This document shows positions 30,420-38,955 of a stretch of DNA of 64,000 bases, piece after piece (position 1 is the stretch's first letter; each line of letters begins with the position of its first letter). A model generated the notes under the pieces. The model was not told the origin of the DNA and searched no databases. It saw only the letters and a list, made by a program, of their open reading frames with translations. Both the position numbers and the translations under genes were made by a program. Location: the NCBI GenBank assembly GCA_016707685.1, contig JADJHE010000004.1:60007-124006 (forward strand), written 5' to 3'. This stretch comes from Bacteroidota bacterium. Lineage in GTDB: Bacteria; Bacteroidota; Bacteroidia; 2-12-FULL-35-15.

Positions 30420-31913
30420 TTAATCAAATTTAGGCTTAACAAACCAACGGTCGTTCATTGTAAATCCAATTGTTGCTCTAAAAAACTGCTCCTTAATTAA
30501 ACCATTCGAAATAGTTCCTCTTTGTCCAAACTCAACACCGATATTTACCATTGAAAAGTTTTGCAACAAGAAATTTCGTCCAACAGGCAAACCTACACCG
30601 GCACTCACAGCATACTCAACAAGCGGAGTACTCTTTAACTCAATAGCAGATTGGTTATATCTAACACCAGCACGATACAAAACTCTTTTATGATAATTAT
30701 TTAGTCCAGTAGCTTTAGCATTGGGTACAAATTGAACACCTAATGCAACACGCATACTATTTTTCAAACCTTGTGTTTGATTAAATGCTTTGTATGAACT
30801 CCAGTTTTGAATTGCATAATCTGCAGCAACTAACCATCTATCACCTTTTTTAAATGCTAAGCCAAAACCAAATGATAATGGAAATGTAATTTCTCCATTT
30901 ACATCTTGAACATTAACAACTGTATCTTTTACAACTTCATAGCCACTAGAACTATTAAAATACGTGTATGATAGGCTATCTATTTTAGCGCTTAAATTCG
31001 ACTGAGTTGCAAATGTAGCACCCCACATAATTTTCACTTTTTCTTTTAAAACTCTACCTTTTATAGAATCAATAACAAAAGCATGTTGTACTCCATAATC
31101 TAAATAAAAATCATTTATACGTTTTATTGTTGCTGTTTTTGTATTGAATGCAAATGTGCTACCTGGGAAAATAGTGCGACCAGAGTTTTCAATACTACCA
31201 AACAAATAAGAAGCATTAAAGCCGATAGACAATGCTTGCCACGATTTTTTCCTTTTGTAAATAGCTGTAGCTTTTCTGATATCTGCAATATATTCCTCTG
31301 GAGTTTTAGTTGTTAAATCGGGCTTACGCTTAGAAGTTAATTCTTTATACTTCTTAGATTGAGTAAACATACGAGGTAAACCATACAAAGGTTTTATTCC
31401 ATTTCCAAAATATGCTTGATTAACACCACCTGTTCCTTCATATAAAAAATCAACTGTTCCAACATTTGTAATACTCTGCTGATCCGACACTTTATAACCA
31501 ACACTACTGTATGGAATCAAACCAATGCTACCGCCCCACCACTTTTTGAAAGGGAAAGCGATTGAAATATAACCTAATGATGCACTATGTGAAACTGACT
31601 TTGCAGTTGAATTTTGTAATTGTAACCTCGAATAATTAAGTCCTAAATCTACTGTCGTCAGTCGAAGACTAGAATAAGATGCTGGATTTCCTGTATTAAT
31701 AAAAAACATTGGCAATGAATCGTTTTGCATTGCAATATGTGTTCCTGCCATGGCAAAACCTTGTGCAAACCCCTTACCATTTAAATCTCCAATACCGTAT
31801 CGTGAATAGGGTGACGAAGTTGCTGTTTGTGCATTACCAACGTAAGCAATATTACAAAGTACCCAAATTGCAACAACAACAGCTTTTAATTTACGCTCCA
31901 AAAAAATTCTCAT
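30420..31913 (-). CDS. FadL/TodX-family outer-membrane beta-barrel
   Basis: Signal peptide. Signature SPYSRYGIGDLNGKGFAQGFAMAGTHIA...NTGNPAS. 497 aa, ends in FD. Confidence 0.5.
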   Translation of the reverse strand: MRIFLERKLKAVVVAIWVLCNIAYVGNAQTATSSPYSRYGIGDLNGKGFAQGFAMAGTHIAMQNDSLPMFFINTGNPASYSSLRLTTVDLGLNYSRLQLQNSTAKSVSHSASLGYISIAFPFKKWWGGSIGLIPYSSVGYKVSDQQSITNVGTVDFLYEGTGGVNQAYFGNGIKPLYGLPRMFTQSKKYKELTSKRKPDLTTKTPEEYIADIRKATAIYKRKKSWQALSIGFNASYLFGSIENSGRTIFPGSTFAFNTKTATIKRINDFYLDYGVQHAFVIDSIKGRVLKEKVKIMWGATFATQSNLSAKIDSLSYTYFNSSSGYEVVKDTVVNVQDVNGEITFPLSFGFGLAFKKGDRWLVAADYAIQNWSSYKAFNQTQGLKNSMRVALGVQFVPNAKATGLNNYHKRVLYRAGVRYNQSAIELKSTPLVEYAVSAGVGLPVGRNFLLQNFSMVNIGVEFGQRGTISNGLIKEQFFRATIGFTMNDRWFVKPKFD

Positions 31914-31923
31914 ACTTTATATG

Positions 31924-32658
31924 TTATGCTTCTTTTATATTATAGTTTAAAATTCTATTTAATCCTTTTAAAATTAAATAGGAATCTGCAAAGATGCTGT
32001 TTTTTAGCCGTTTCTCAAAAAAATTAACATCGCCACCTGTAATCAGTAATTTTAAATTAGGTGATATTAATTTATATTCATCAATAAACCCTTTCACTTC
32101 AGCAATAGCCCCCATTTCAACACCTGACAAAATACTCCCTTTTGTATCAACACCAATTAATGAATCAAAATTCAGATCAACTTCTACTAACGGTAATCTA
32201 GAAGTAAAAGTATTTAATGCCTTGAACCGCATTTGTAGACCAGGAGAAATTGCGCCACCTATGTATTCTTTGTTTTCATTCACAAAATTATACTTAATAC
32301 ATGTTCCTGCATCTATAATGAGTATATCCTGCCCAGGAAACAAAAATTCACCACCAACAGCAGCAGCAAGTCGATCACTACCAAGCGTACTTATTGTTTT
32401 ATATAGATTTTTAATTGGCAATGGTGTTTCAGAAGTAAAAACAAGAACATTCACTTTTTTAGCCAATTCATCAATAAATGCATCAATATCATCAACAACT
32501 GATGCAACAATACAATTTTTGATAGGTTGGTTATTTTTAAATAAAGCACTCTCCAACACTTCTCGATAATCCTTAAATACAAGGAACTCTAAAAGTTGGT
32601 CCTTTTGAAATAGTGCAGCCTTTATTCTTGTATTTCCAATGTCTATAACTAATTGCAT
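31924..32658 (-). CDS. coaX: type III pantothenate kinase
   Basis: N-terminus MQLVIDIGNTRIKAALF and ILIIDAGTCIKYNFV (acetate/sugar kinase fold). Confidence 0.9.
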   Translation of the reverse strand: MQLVIDIGNTRIKAALFQKDQLLEFLVFKDYREVLESALFKNNQPIKNCIVASVVDDIDAFIDELAKKVNVLVFTSETPLPIKNLYKTISTLGSDRLAAAVGGEFLFPGQDILIIDAGTCIKYNFVNENKEYIGGAISPGLQMRFKALNTFTSRLPLVEVDLNFDSLIGVDTKGSILSGVEMGAIAEVKGFIDEYKLISPNLKLLITGGDVNFFEKRLKNSIFADSYLILKGLNRILNYNIKEA

Positions 32659-32701
32659 ATCACAAAACTACGAAATAACGCAATGAAGAACGAAAATTAT
32701 T

Positions 32702-32731
32702 TTTGTGATTATAAAAAATTTTATACATTTG
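32702..32731 (+). promoter_or_regulatory. promoter for tRNA-Phe (-33 TTTG 32702-32705, 18-nt spacer, -7 TACATTTG 32724-32731)
   Basis: Same -7 octamer as the tRNA-Glu promoter, 19 nt upstream of the tRNA. Confidence 0.55.
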
Positions 32732-32750
32732 CATCCCGATTAAATGAGCT

Positions 32751-32823
32751 GGTACCTTAGCTCAGATGGTAGAGCAAAGGACTGAAAATCCTTGTGTCCG
32801 CGGTTCGATCCCGCGAGGTACCA
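32751..32823 (+). tRNA. tRNA-Phe (anticodon GAA)
   Basis: GGTACCTTAGCTCAGATGGTAGAGC...GGACTGAAAATCC...GGTTCGATCCCGCGAGGTACCA. The anticodon loop ctGAAaa gives GAA. Confidence 0.85.
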
Positions 32824-32937
32824 CAGCCAAAACGACAAAACCCTTGATAATCAAGGGTTTTGTCGTTTATAAAAAAGGCTCAATGGTCGGATAATCATTT
32901 TTTTTAAAGAAAAAATAGACTTTATTAAAAAAAGACG

Positions 32938-32945
32938 TATATTTG
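32938..32945 (+). promoter_or_regulatory. candidate -7 box TATATTTG for csp, giving a ~160-nt 5' UTR
   Basis: TAnnTTTG match. The upstream -33 element is imperfect (TTTA). Confidence 0.3.
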
Positions 32946-33111
32946 TGCTCTTCATTAGAAGATTGTATCTCAATCAGTTTATAGTTTCCTCTATCAATTC
33001 GGTCTATTTTACATTTTTCTCTTTAAAGAAACTGAGGTCATTCACGTGATTTCAAAAAACTAAAAATTAATAACCCGTTCCGTAAACGCGGAACAACAAA
33101 CAAAAACAACA

Positions 33112-33303
33112 ATGAAAAAAGGAACAGTAAAATTTTTTAACGAAGCTAAAGGTTTCGGATTTATTAAAGAAGACAATGGACAAGAAATTTTTGTTCATGC
33201 ATCAGGTTTAAAAGAAGATATCCGCGAAAATGACGTAGTATCATACGATGTGCAAGAAGGCAAAAAAGGCTTAAATGCAGTTAATGTACAACGCGTTGAC
33301 TAA
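33112..33303 (+). CDS. cspA: cold-shock protein (CspA family)
   Basis: RNP motifs KGFGFI and VFVHAS. 63 aa. Confidence 0.93.
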   Translation: MKKGTVKFFNEAKGFGFIKEDNGQEIFVHASGLKEDIRENDVVSYDVQEGKKGLNAVNVQRVD

Positions 33304-33312
33304 ATAAATCAA

Positions 33313-33342
33313 AAAAGCAAATCAAAACGATTTGCTTTTTTT
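33313..33342 (+). terminator. rho-independent terminator after csp (gcaaatc/gatttgc stem extended by aaaa/tttt, T7 run)
   Basis: Hairpin begins 10 nt after the stop, followed by ttttttt. Confidence 0.75.
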
Positions 33343-33390
33343 ACATACAAAAAACAGAGATTATGCTTTGTTTCAAGTATTTAAGTTCAA

Positions 33391-33420
33391 AAAGCTCCTA
33401 AATTTTAGGGGCTTTTTTTA
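33391..33420 (+). terminator. second hairpin + T7 run ~50 nt downstream of the first
   Basis: aagctcctaaa/tttaggggctt stem with one G-U pair, then ttttttt. Confidence 0.5.
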
Positions 33421-33434
33421 TTACCTTTGCTTTA

Positions 33435-34415
33435 ATGAATACCCCCAACAAAAAGTCAAGGCCACTTTTTATTTTCTACATCCTTGTAGCCTACATTGTT
33501 GTGCAATTTTCGTGGTGGATGTTTTCCATGTTCCAATTAAACAATGAAATTTCGCAACTAAAAACTGAAGTTAATCTATTAAAAGAAGAATCTGCAGCTG
33601 AAATTATTGCGAAAGGCAATGAAATAAATGAAAAACTTCACAAACGCTGGGTAATGATTTCGGGGGAAGGCGCTTTTTTTATTGGATTACTACTACTTGG
33701 TATCTACCAAGTTCGTAAAACATTCAAAAAAGAGAATGAGTTAGCAAATCAGCAAAAAAACTTTTTACTCTCAGTTACACATGAATTAAAATCGCCAATT
33801 GCATCTGCAAAATTACAATTGCAAACACTTGAAAAAGAGAGCTTAAGTCGAGACAAACAGCTAGAGATCATTAGTAATGCAATAAGTGATACCGAACGTT
33901 TAAATACACTCGTAGAAAACATTTTACTTGCAGCAAAAATCGATAATAGTGTATTTTCTATCAATACTGAAAATTGCAATCTATCAGAATATTTAACTGA
34001 AAACTTAACCAAAACAATAAAGTCGTTTAATTATAAACAAAAAATAGTTTTGGATTTAGATTCTGAGATTTTTATGTTAATCGACAAAACGAGCTTCCCT
34101 TCCATCATTCTTAATTTATTTGAAAATGCGGTAAAGTATTCTCCTGCAGAATCAACTATTACAATTGGATTAAAAAAACTTAATTCCAAAATTATTTTAA
34201 GTGTAAAAGACGAAGGCATTGGAATTTCAGATGAAGAAAAAAATTCAATTTTTCAAAAATTTTATCGAATCGGTAGCGAAGAAACCAGAAAAACAAAAGG
34301 TACAGGATTAGGATTGTACATTGTAAATCATATTGTAACGCAGCACAAAGGAACTATAACCGTAAAAAACAATACTCCAAGAGGAAGTATTTTTGAAATA
34401 ACATTTAACAATTAA
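33435..34415 (+). CDS. two-TM sensor histidine kinase (HisKA + HATPase_c), orphan
   Basis: H-box SVTHELKSPIASA, N-box LFENAVKYS, G-boxes DEGIGI and GTGLGL. No response regulator adjacent. Confidence 0.85.
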   Translation: MNTPNKKSRPLFIFYILVAYIVVQFSWWMFSMFQLNNEISQLKTEVNLLKEESAAEIIAKGNEINEKLHKRWVMISGEGAFFIGLLLLGIYQVRKTFKKENELANQQKNFLLSVTHELKSPIASAKLQLQTLEKESLSRDKQLEIISNAISDTERLNTLVENILLAAKIDNSVFSINTENCNLSEYLTENLTKTIKSFNYKQKIVLDLDSEIFMLIDKTSFPSIILNLFENAVKYSPAESTITIGLKKLNSKIILSVKDEGIGISDEEKNSIFQKFYRIGSEETRKTKGTGLGLYIVNHIVTQHKGTITVKNNTPRGSIFEITFNN

Positions 34416-34419
34416 TTTT

Positions 34420-35937
34420 ATGTCAAAAAAAGTAGCATTATTAATCCTTGATGGATGGGGCTTAGGAGATGGATCAAAATCGGATGCAATTGCAACTGCC
34501 AATACACCCTTCATTGATAGTTTATACAAAAAATATCCTCATTCTACCTTACATACCTCTGGTCAAAAAGTAGGTTTGCCAGATGGGCAAATGGGAAATA
34601 GTGAAGTTGGGCATTTGAATATTGGAGCAGGGCGAATTGTATATCAAGATTTAGAACTAATCAATAAAGCAATTCGCGAAAAAACAATTGATTCGAATCA
34701 AACACTAGTTGCTGCATTTGATTATGCAAAAAAGAACAGTAAAGCAATTCATTTGATTGGACTTGTATCCGAAGGTGGTGTCCATTCATCACAAGAACAT
34801 TTGCATTATCTATGCGATATGGCAAAAAATGCAGGGCTTTCAAATGTGTATATCCATGCCTTTACAGATGGTAGAGATACCGATCCGAAAAGTGGATTGG
34901 GCTATTTAACAAATTTAGAAAATCACCTAAAAAAATCAGCAGGTAAAATTGCAAGTGTAATTGGGCGCTATTATGCAATGGATAGAGATAAGCGATGGGA
35001 ACGTGTTAAACTCGCTTATGATTTATTGGTGAAAGGAGAAGGCAAAAAAACACAAAATATACTTAAGTCAATTGAAGAATCGTATGCCGAAAATGTAACG
35101 GATGAGTTTATTAAACCTATTATACAAACCGACATCAATGGAAATCCAATTGCGACCATCAACAATGACGATGTTGTTATTTGCTTTAATTTCAGAACTG
35201 ACCGATGCAGAGAAATTACAGAAGTGTTAACACAAAAAAATATGCCTGAAAATGGCATGAACACACTTCCATTATACTATGTAACAATGACCAATTACGA
35301 TGATACATTTAAAAATGTACACATTGTATATGATAAAGACAACTTAGTAATGACATTGGGCGAGGTTTTAGAAAAAGCAAATAAAACTCAAATTAGAATT
35401 GCTGAAACAGAAAAATACCCTCATGTAACATTTTTCTTTTCTGGAGGTCGTGAAAAAGAATTTGTTGGCGAAAAACGAATAATGGCACCTTCACCAAAAG
35501 TTGCAACTTACGACTTGCAACCAGAAATGAGTGCCGTAGAATTAACAAATGCTATTTTACCAGAAATTGAAAAATCGAGTGCTGATTTTATCTGTTTAAA
35601 TTTTGCTAATGCCGATATGGTTGGGCATACAGGCGTATACGATGCTGTCATTAAAGCTGTTGAAACTGTTGATAAATGCGCGCAACGTGTAGTAGAAGCT
35701 GGTATAAAAAATGGGTATTCATTTATAATTATTGCCGATCATGGCAACTCCGATTATATGATAAACCCTGATGGATCACCGAATACAGCTCACACAACAA
35801 ATCCTGTACCTTGTATTCTGATTGACAAGGATTATGCAAAAATTAATGATGGAAAGTTAGCGGATATTGCACCAACTATTTTAACGCTATTAGGAATAGA
35901 TATTCCGAAAGAAATGAACGGAAAAGTTCTAATTTAA
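34420..35937 (+). CDS. gpmI: 2,3-bisphosphoglycerate-independent phosphoglycerate mutase
   Basis: N-terminus LLILDGWG and the catalytic Ser region SEVGHLNIGAGR. 505 aa. Confidence 0.95.
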   Translation: MSKKVALLILDGWGLGDGSKSDAIATANTPFIDSLYKKYPHSTLHTSGQKVGLPDGQMGNSEVGHLNIGAGRIVYQDLELINKAIREKTIDSNQTLVAAFDYAKKNSKAIHLIGLVSEGGVHSSQEHLHYLCDMAKNAGLSNVYIHAFTDGRDTDPKSGLGYLTNLENHLKKSAGKIASVIGRYYAMDRDKRWERVKLAYDLLVKGEGKKTQNILKSIEESYAENVTDEFIKPIIQTDINGNPIATINNDDVVICFNFRTDRCREITEVLTQKNMPENGMNTLPLYYVTMTNYDDTFKNVHIVYDKDNLVMTLGEVLEKANKTQIRIAETEKYPHVTFFFSGGREKEFVGEKRIMAPSPKVATYDLQPEMSAVELTNAILPEIEKSSADFICLNFANADMVGHTGVYDAVIKAVETVDKCAQRVVEAGIKNGYSFIIIADHGNSDYMINPDGSPNTAHTTNPVPCILIDKDYAKINDGKLADIAPTILTLLGIDIPKEMNGKVLI

Positions 35938-35942
35938 ATTAA

Positions 35943-36482
35943 ATGGAAAACAACAACGCTATTATCCGAAAAGCTGTTTTTAACCCAAAAGTTAAAACAT
36001 ATATTTTTTTAATCGCCCTATTTTATCTCTTCGCAAGTGTAATAGGAGTTATTCTAATTCCCTTCTGGATTTTTGGCTTGGGGCAATGGACATCTGGGAA
36101 ATTTTTCAACACTTTAAAATGTGAGCTATCTGAGAAACATTTATACTTTTCGAAAGGAATTGTATTACATATTGAGAAAACGATTCCCCTTGAAAACATT
36201 CAAGATATTTCGTTCTGGGGTGGTCCTATTTTACGCTCGATGGGATTAACCTTTATCAAAATTGAAACTGCTGGCGGTGGTGGTTCACATGGAAGCAACA
36301 TGATGAGTATACCTGGAGTAGAAGCTGCAGAAGAGTTCAAGAACTTAATTCTGATTCAGCGAGAAAAAGTAATAAAAGCAAAAAACAACTCCTCTTCTTC
36401 TGCAACACTTTCTGAATCACAACTGCTGCTTGACATTAAACAGGAACTGATTCAAATTAAAAACATTTTAAATACCAAATGA
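35943..36482 (+). CDS. membrane protein with bacterial PH (bPH_2/YdbS-like) domain
   Basis: Two TM helices followed by a PH-like domain and a Gly-rich stretch AGGGGSHG. Confidence 0.5.
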   Translation: MENNNAIIRKAVFNPKVKTYIFLIALFYLFASVIGVILIPFWIFGLGQWTSGKFFNTLKCELSEKHLYFSKGIVLHIEKTIPLENIQDISFWGGPILRSMGLTFIKIETAGGGGSHGSNMMSIPGVEAAEEFKNLILIQREKVIKAKNNSSSSATLSESQLLLDIKQELIQIKNILNTK

Positions 36483-36618
36483 TTTTTTAATTTTTTTCGT
36501 ACTATTACCATAAATCAAAATACCCTATTTTAGTAGAAATTAATGGAGGCAACCATTTATAACCTTTTACGTCTTTCCTGCGTAGAAGAGAAGTGTTTTG
36601 CCACAGAACGCTGTATTT

Positions 36619-37182
36619 ATGAATGAAACCGAGGTAATTAAAGGTTGCTTAAAAAATGATCGTGCAAGCCAAAAAGCTTTGTATGAACACTATTATAGCA
36701 AAATGCTTGGTGTTTGTTTACGATACTCCAAAAGCAGCGATGATGCTAAAGATGTACTTCACGAGGGGTTTTTAAAAGTATTTAACAGTTTAAAGAATTT
36801 CAACAATACGGGTTCTTTCGAAGGCTGGGTGCGGAGAATAATGGTCAACACATCCATTGATCAGTTGAGAAAAAACAAACAGAACTACTTAATCGTAAGT
36901 ACTGTAAATGTTAATGATCGATCATCCAGTTTAGCAGAAGAAATGAGTGAAGACGATTTATTGTCAACTATTGAAAAAGAAGATATTTTAAAGGCTGTTC
37001 AGGAGCTTACACCTGCTTACAGGACTGTTTTTAACTTATACGTAATAGAAGAATATACACATAAAGAAATTGCAGAATTACTTGATATCAGTGAGGGTAC
37101 CTCTAAATCAAATCTTTCTAAAGCAAAATTTAATTTGAAAAAAAATTTAATGCATTTAATAAAACCTAATCATGATAGATAA
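36619..37182 (+). CDS. ECF-type RNA polymerase sigma-70 factor
   Basis: Sigma70_r2 (ALYEHYYSKMLGVCLRY...DVLHEGFLKVF) and r4 (ELTPAYRTVFNLYVIEEYTHKEIAELLDISEGTSKSNLSKAK). Confidence 0.85.
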   Translation: MNETEVIKGCLKNDRASQKALYEHYYSKMLGVCLRYSKSSDDAKDVLHEGFLKVFNSLKNFNNTGSFEGWVRRIMVNTSIDQLRKNKQNYLIVSTVNVNDRSSSLAEEMSEDDLLSTIEKEDILKAVQELTPAYRTVFNLYVIEEYTHKEIAELLDISEGTSKSNLSKAKFNLKKNLMHLIKPNHDR

Positions 37183-37459
37183 TACTCCAAACACCAAACT
37201 TGACGTGGCTGTAAAAAATGCTTTAAAAGATTTTGAGGCTCCTTATGATTCAAATGATTGGTCGAGAATGGAAAGCATGTTAAATGTTGCTCCAAAGCAA
37301 ACTCAATTTAACTGGAAGTATTCCTTAAATATAATAATTGGAATTGCTATACTTGGTGGTAGTTACATTATTTATAAACAATTATCAAAATCCTTCAAAA
37401 AAAAAGTGGAAGTAAAGAAGCCTATTATTGTTAAACCTGCAGTTAAACACCTACCGTAA
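37172..37459 (+). CDS. single-TM protein overlapping the ECF sigma stop; candidate anti-sigma factor
   Basis: 95 aa with one TM (IIIGIAILGGSYIIY). Start overlaps the sigma gene by 11 nt. Confidence 0.4.
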   Translation: MIDNTPNTKLDVAVKNALKDFEAPYDSNDWSRMESMLNVAPKQTQFNWKYSLNIIIGIAILGGSYIIYKQLSKSFKKKVEVKKPIIVKPAVKHLP

Positions 37460-37929
37460 TTCAAACTAATTAACAGAAACAGCTCCAGAAATAGCACCAC
37501 CTACTCCTACTGAAACGGAAAATAAGGCTGATGATACATAAACTAAATTCAAAGAAACAAAAAAACCAATAACTACTATTGTTTCTAAAGAAAAAAACAA
37601 GAAAAAAGACAAATTCAAGTTTCGAAAAAAACAAAAAAAAACACTACAAATATTCATTCGTAATGAAATGGGGAATGAACCTATCTTTGGGGACATGCTC
37701 GACTCATCAAGAGGTGTAATTGGAACAACCCAAGAAAAAGATGAAACAAAAAAAAAGCTGCAAATCACAATCTAATAAAAATATTGGATGGGATAATATC
37801 ATGTTCTCAAATGTAAATCCAGACAGTATCCGCAAACATAGAGAAGCTATGAAAAAAGATACTATAAAAAACTAGGCAACCCTTTTTCTTTTCTACGTCT
37901 TCCTTATAAACAAACAAAAAGGAGGACTT

Positions 37930-38883
37930 ATGCAGCAACTATACAAACTATTTTTATTTAGCGTTTGCATACTTGTATTCAAAACAGCTAACGCTCAAGA
38001 TCCAGAATTCACACAATTTTATGCAAATCCATTGTACTTGAACCCTGCATTTGCTGGATCCAATATTTGCCCACGAATCACACTCAATTACCGCAATCAA
38101 TGGCCTAGCATATCGGGGACCTATGTAACCACTAGTCTTTCTGCCGATCGATTTGTATACGGCATCAAAAGTGGAATAGGGATTTTAGTTACGAATGATA
38201 GAGCAGGGCAAGGAACATTAAACACAACCAATATCAGTGGTATCTATTCCTATCAGTGGCGCCCAACTCGAAACATGGCAATTAACGTAGGGTTTCAAGG
38301 AACCTATGGTCAAAAAAAAATCGACTGGAGCAAACTTACATTCGGAGATATGATTGATGACAAAAGAGGCTTTGTTTATAACACCAATGAAATTCAGGGA
38401 AAATCACAAAAATCATTTGTTGATCTTTCAGCAGGAGCAGTTGCTTTTAGTAAAGTGTTTTTCATTGGATTTGCTGCACATCATTTAAATGAACCGGATG
38501 AAGGATTGGTTTATACAAGCAAACTTCCTCGAAAATATACTGCACATGCAGGAGCGGTAATACCAATTGGGTCGAAAGAAAGTGAAACAAGTATTTCACC
38601 AAATATTTTGTATCAACAACAACAAGATTTTCGTCAATTAAATTTAGGTGTCTATATCACAAAAGGAGCCTTGGTTGGCGGACTATGGTACCGCAATCAA
38701 GATGCATTTATTGTTTTACTAGGATTCCAACATGGAATATTTAAAGTAGGTTACAGTTACGATGTAACAGTATCAAAACTCACAAATGCTACAGCTGGTT
38801 CACATGAAATTTCGATGGGAATGCAGTTTACGTGTAAAAAGCCAAAACCAAAATACCGCCCGGGCGTATGCCCTAGTTTTTAA
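37930..38883 (+). CDS. T9SS membrane protein PorP/SprF family
   Basis: Signal peptide then QDPEFTQFYANPLYLNPAFAG, the diagnostic N-terminal motif of the family. 317 aa. Confidence 0.8.
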   Translation: MQQLYKLFLFSVCILVFKTANAQDPEFTQFYANPLYLNPAFAGSNICPRITLNYRNQWPSISGTYVTTSLSADRFVYGIKSGIGILVTNDRAGQGTLNTTNISGIYSYQWRPTRNMAINVGFQGTYGQKKIDWSKLTFGDMIDDKRGFVYNTNEIQGKSQKSFVDLSAGAVAFSKVFFIGFAAHHLNEPDEGLVYTSKLPRKYTAHAGAVIPIGSKESETSISPNILYQQQQDFRQLNLGVYITKGALVGGLWYRNQDAFIVLLGFQHGIFKVGYSYDVTVSKLTNATAGSHEISMGMQFTCKKPKPKYRPGVCPSF

Positions 38884-38904
38884 TTGTTTTGGATGTTTAG
38901 AGAG

Positions 38905-38942
38905 CAGAAAAACCCTTCCAATTGGAAGGGTTTTCTGTTTTT
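38905..38942. terminator. bidirectional rho-independent terminator (cagaaaaacccttcc/ggaagggttttctg)
   Basis: About 14-bp stem with an AATT loop and T-run. It lies between the porP/sprF stop and the convergent aminopeptidase stop. Confidence 0.75.
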
Positions 38943-38955
38943 ATAAGTAGACAAC

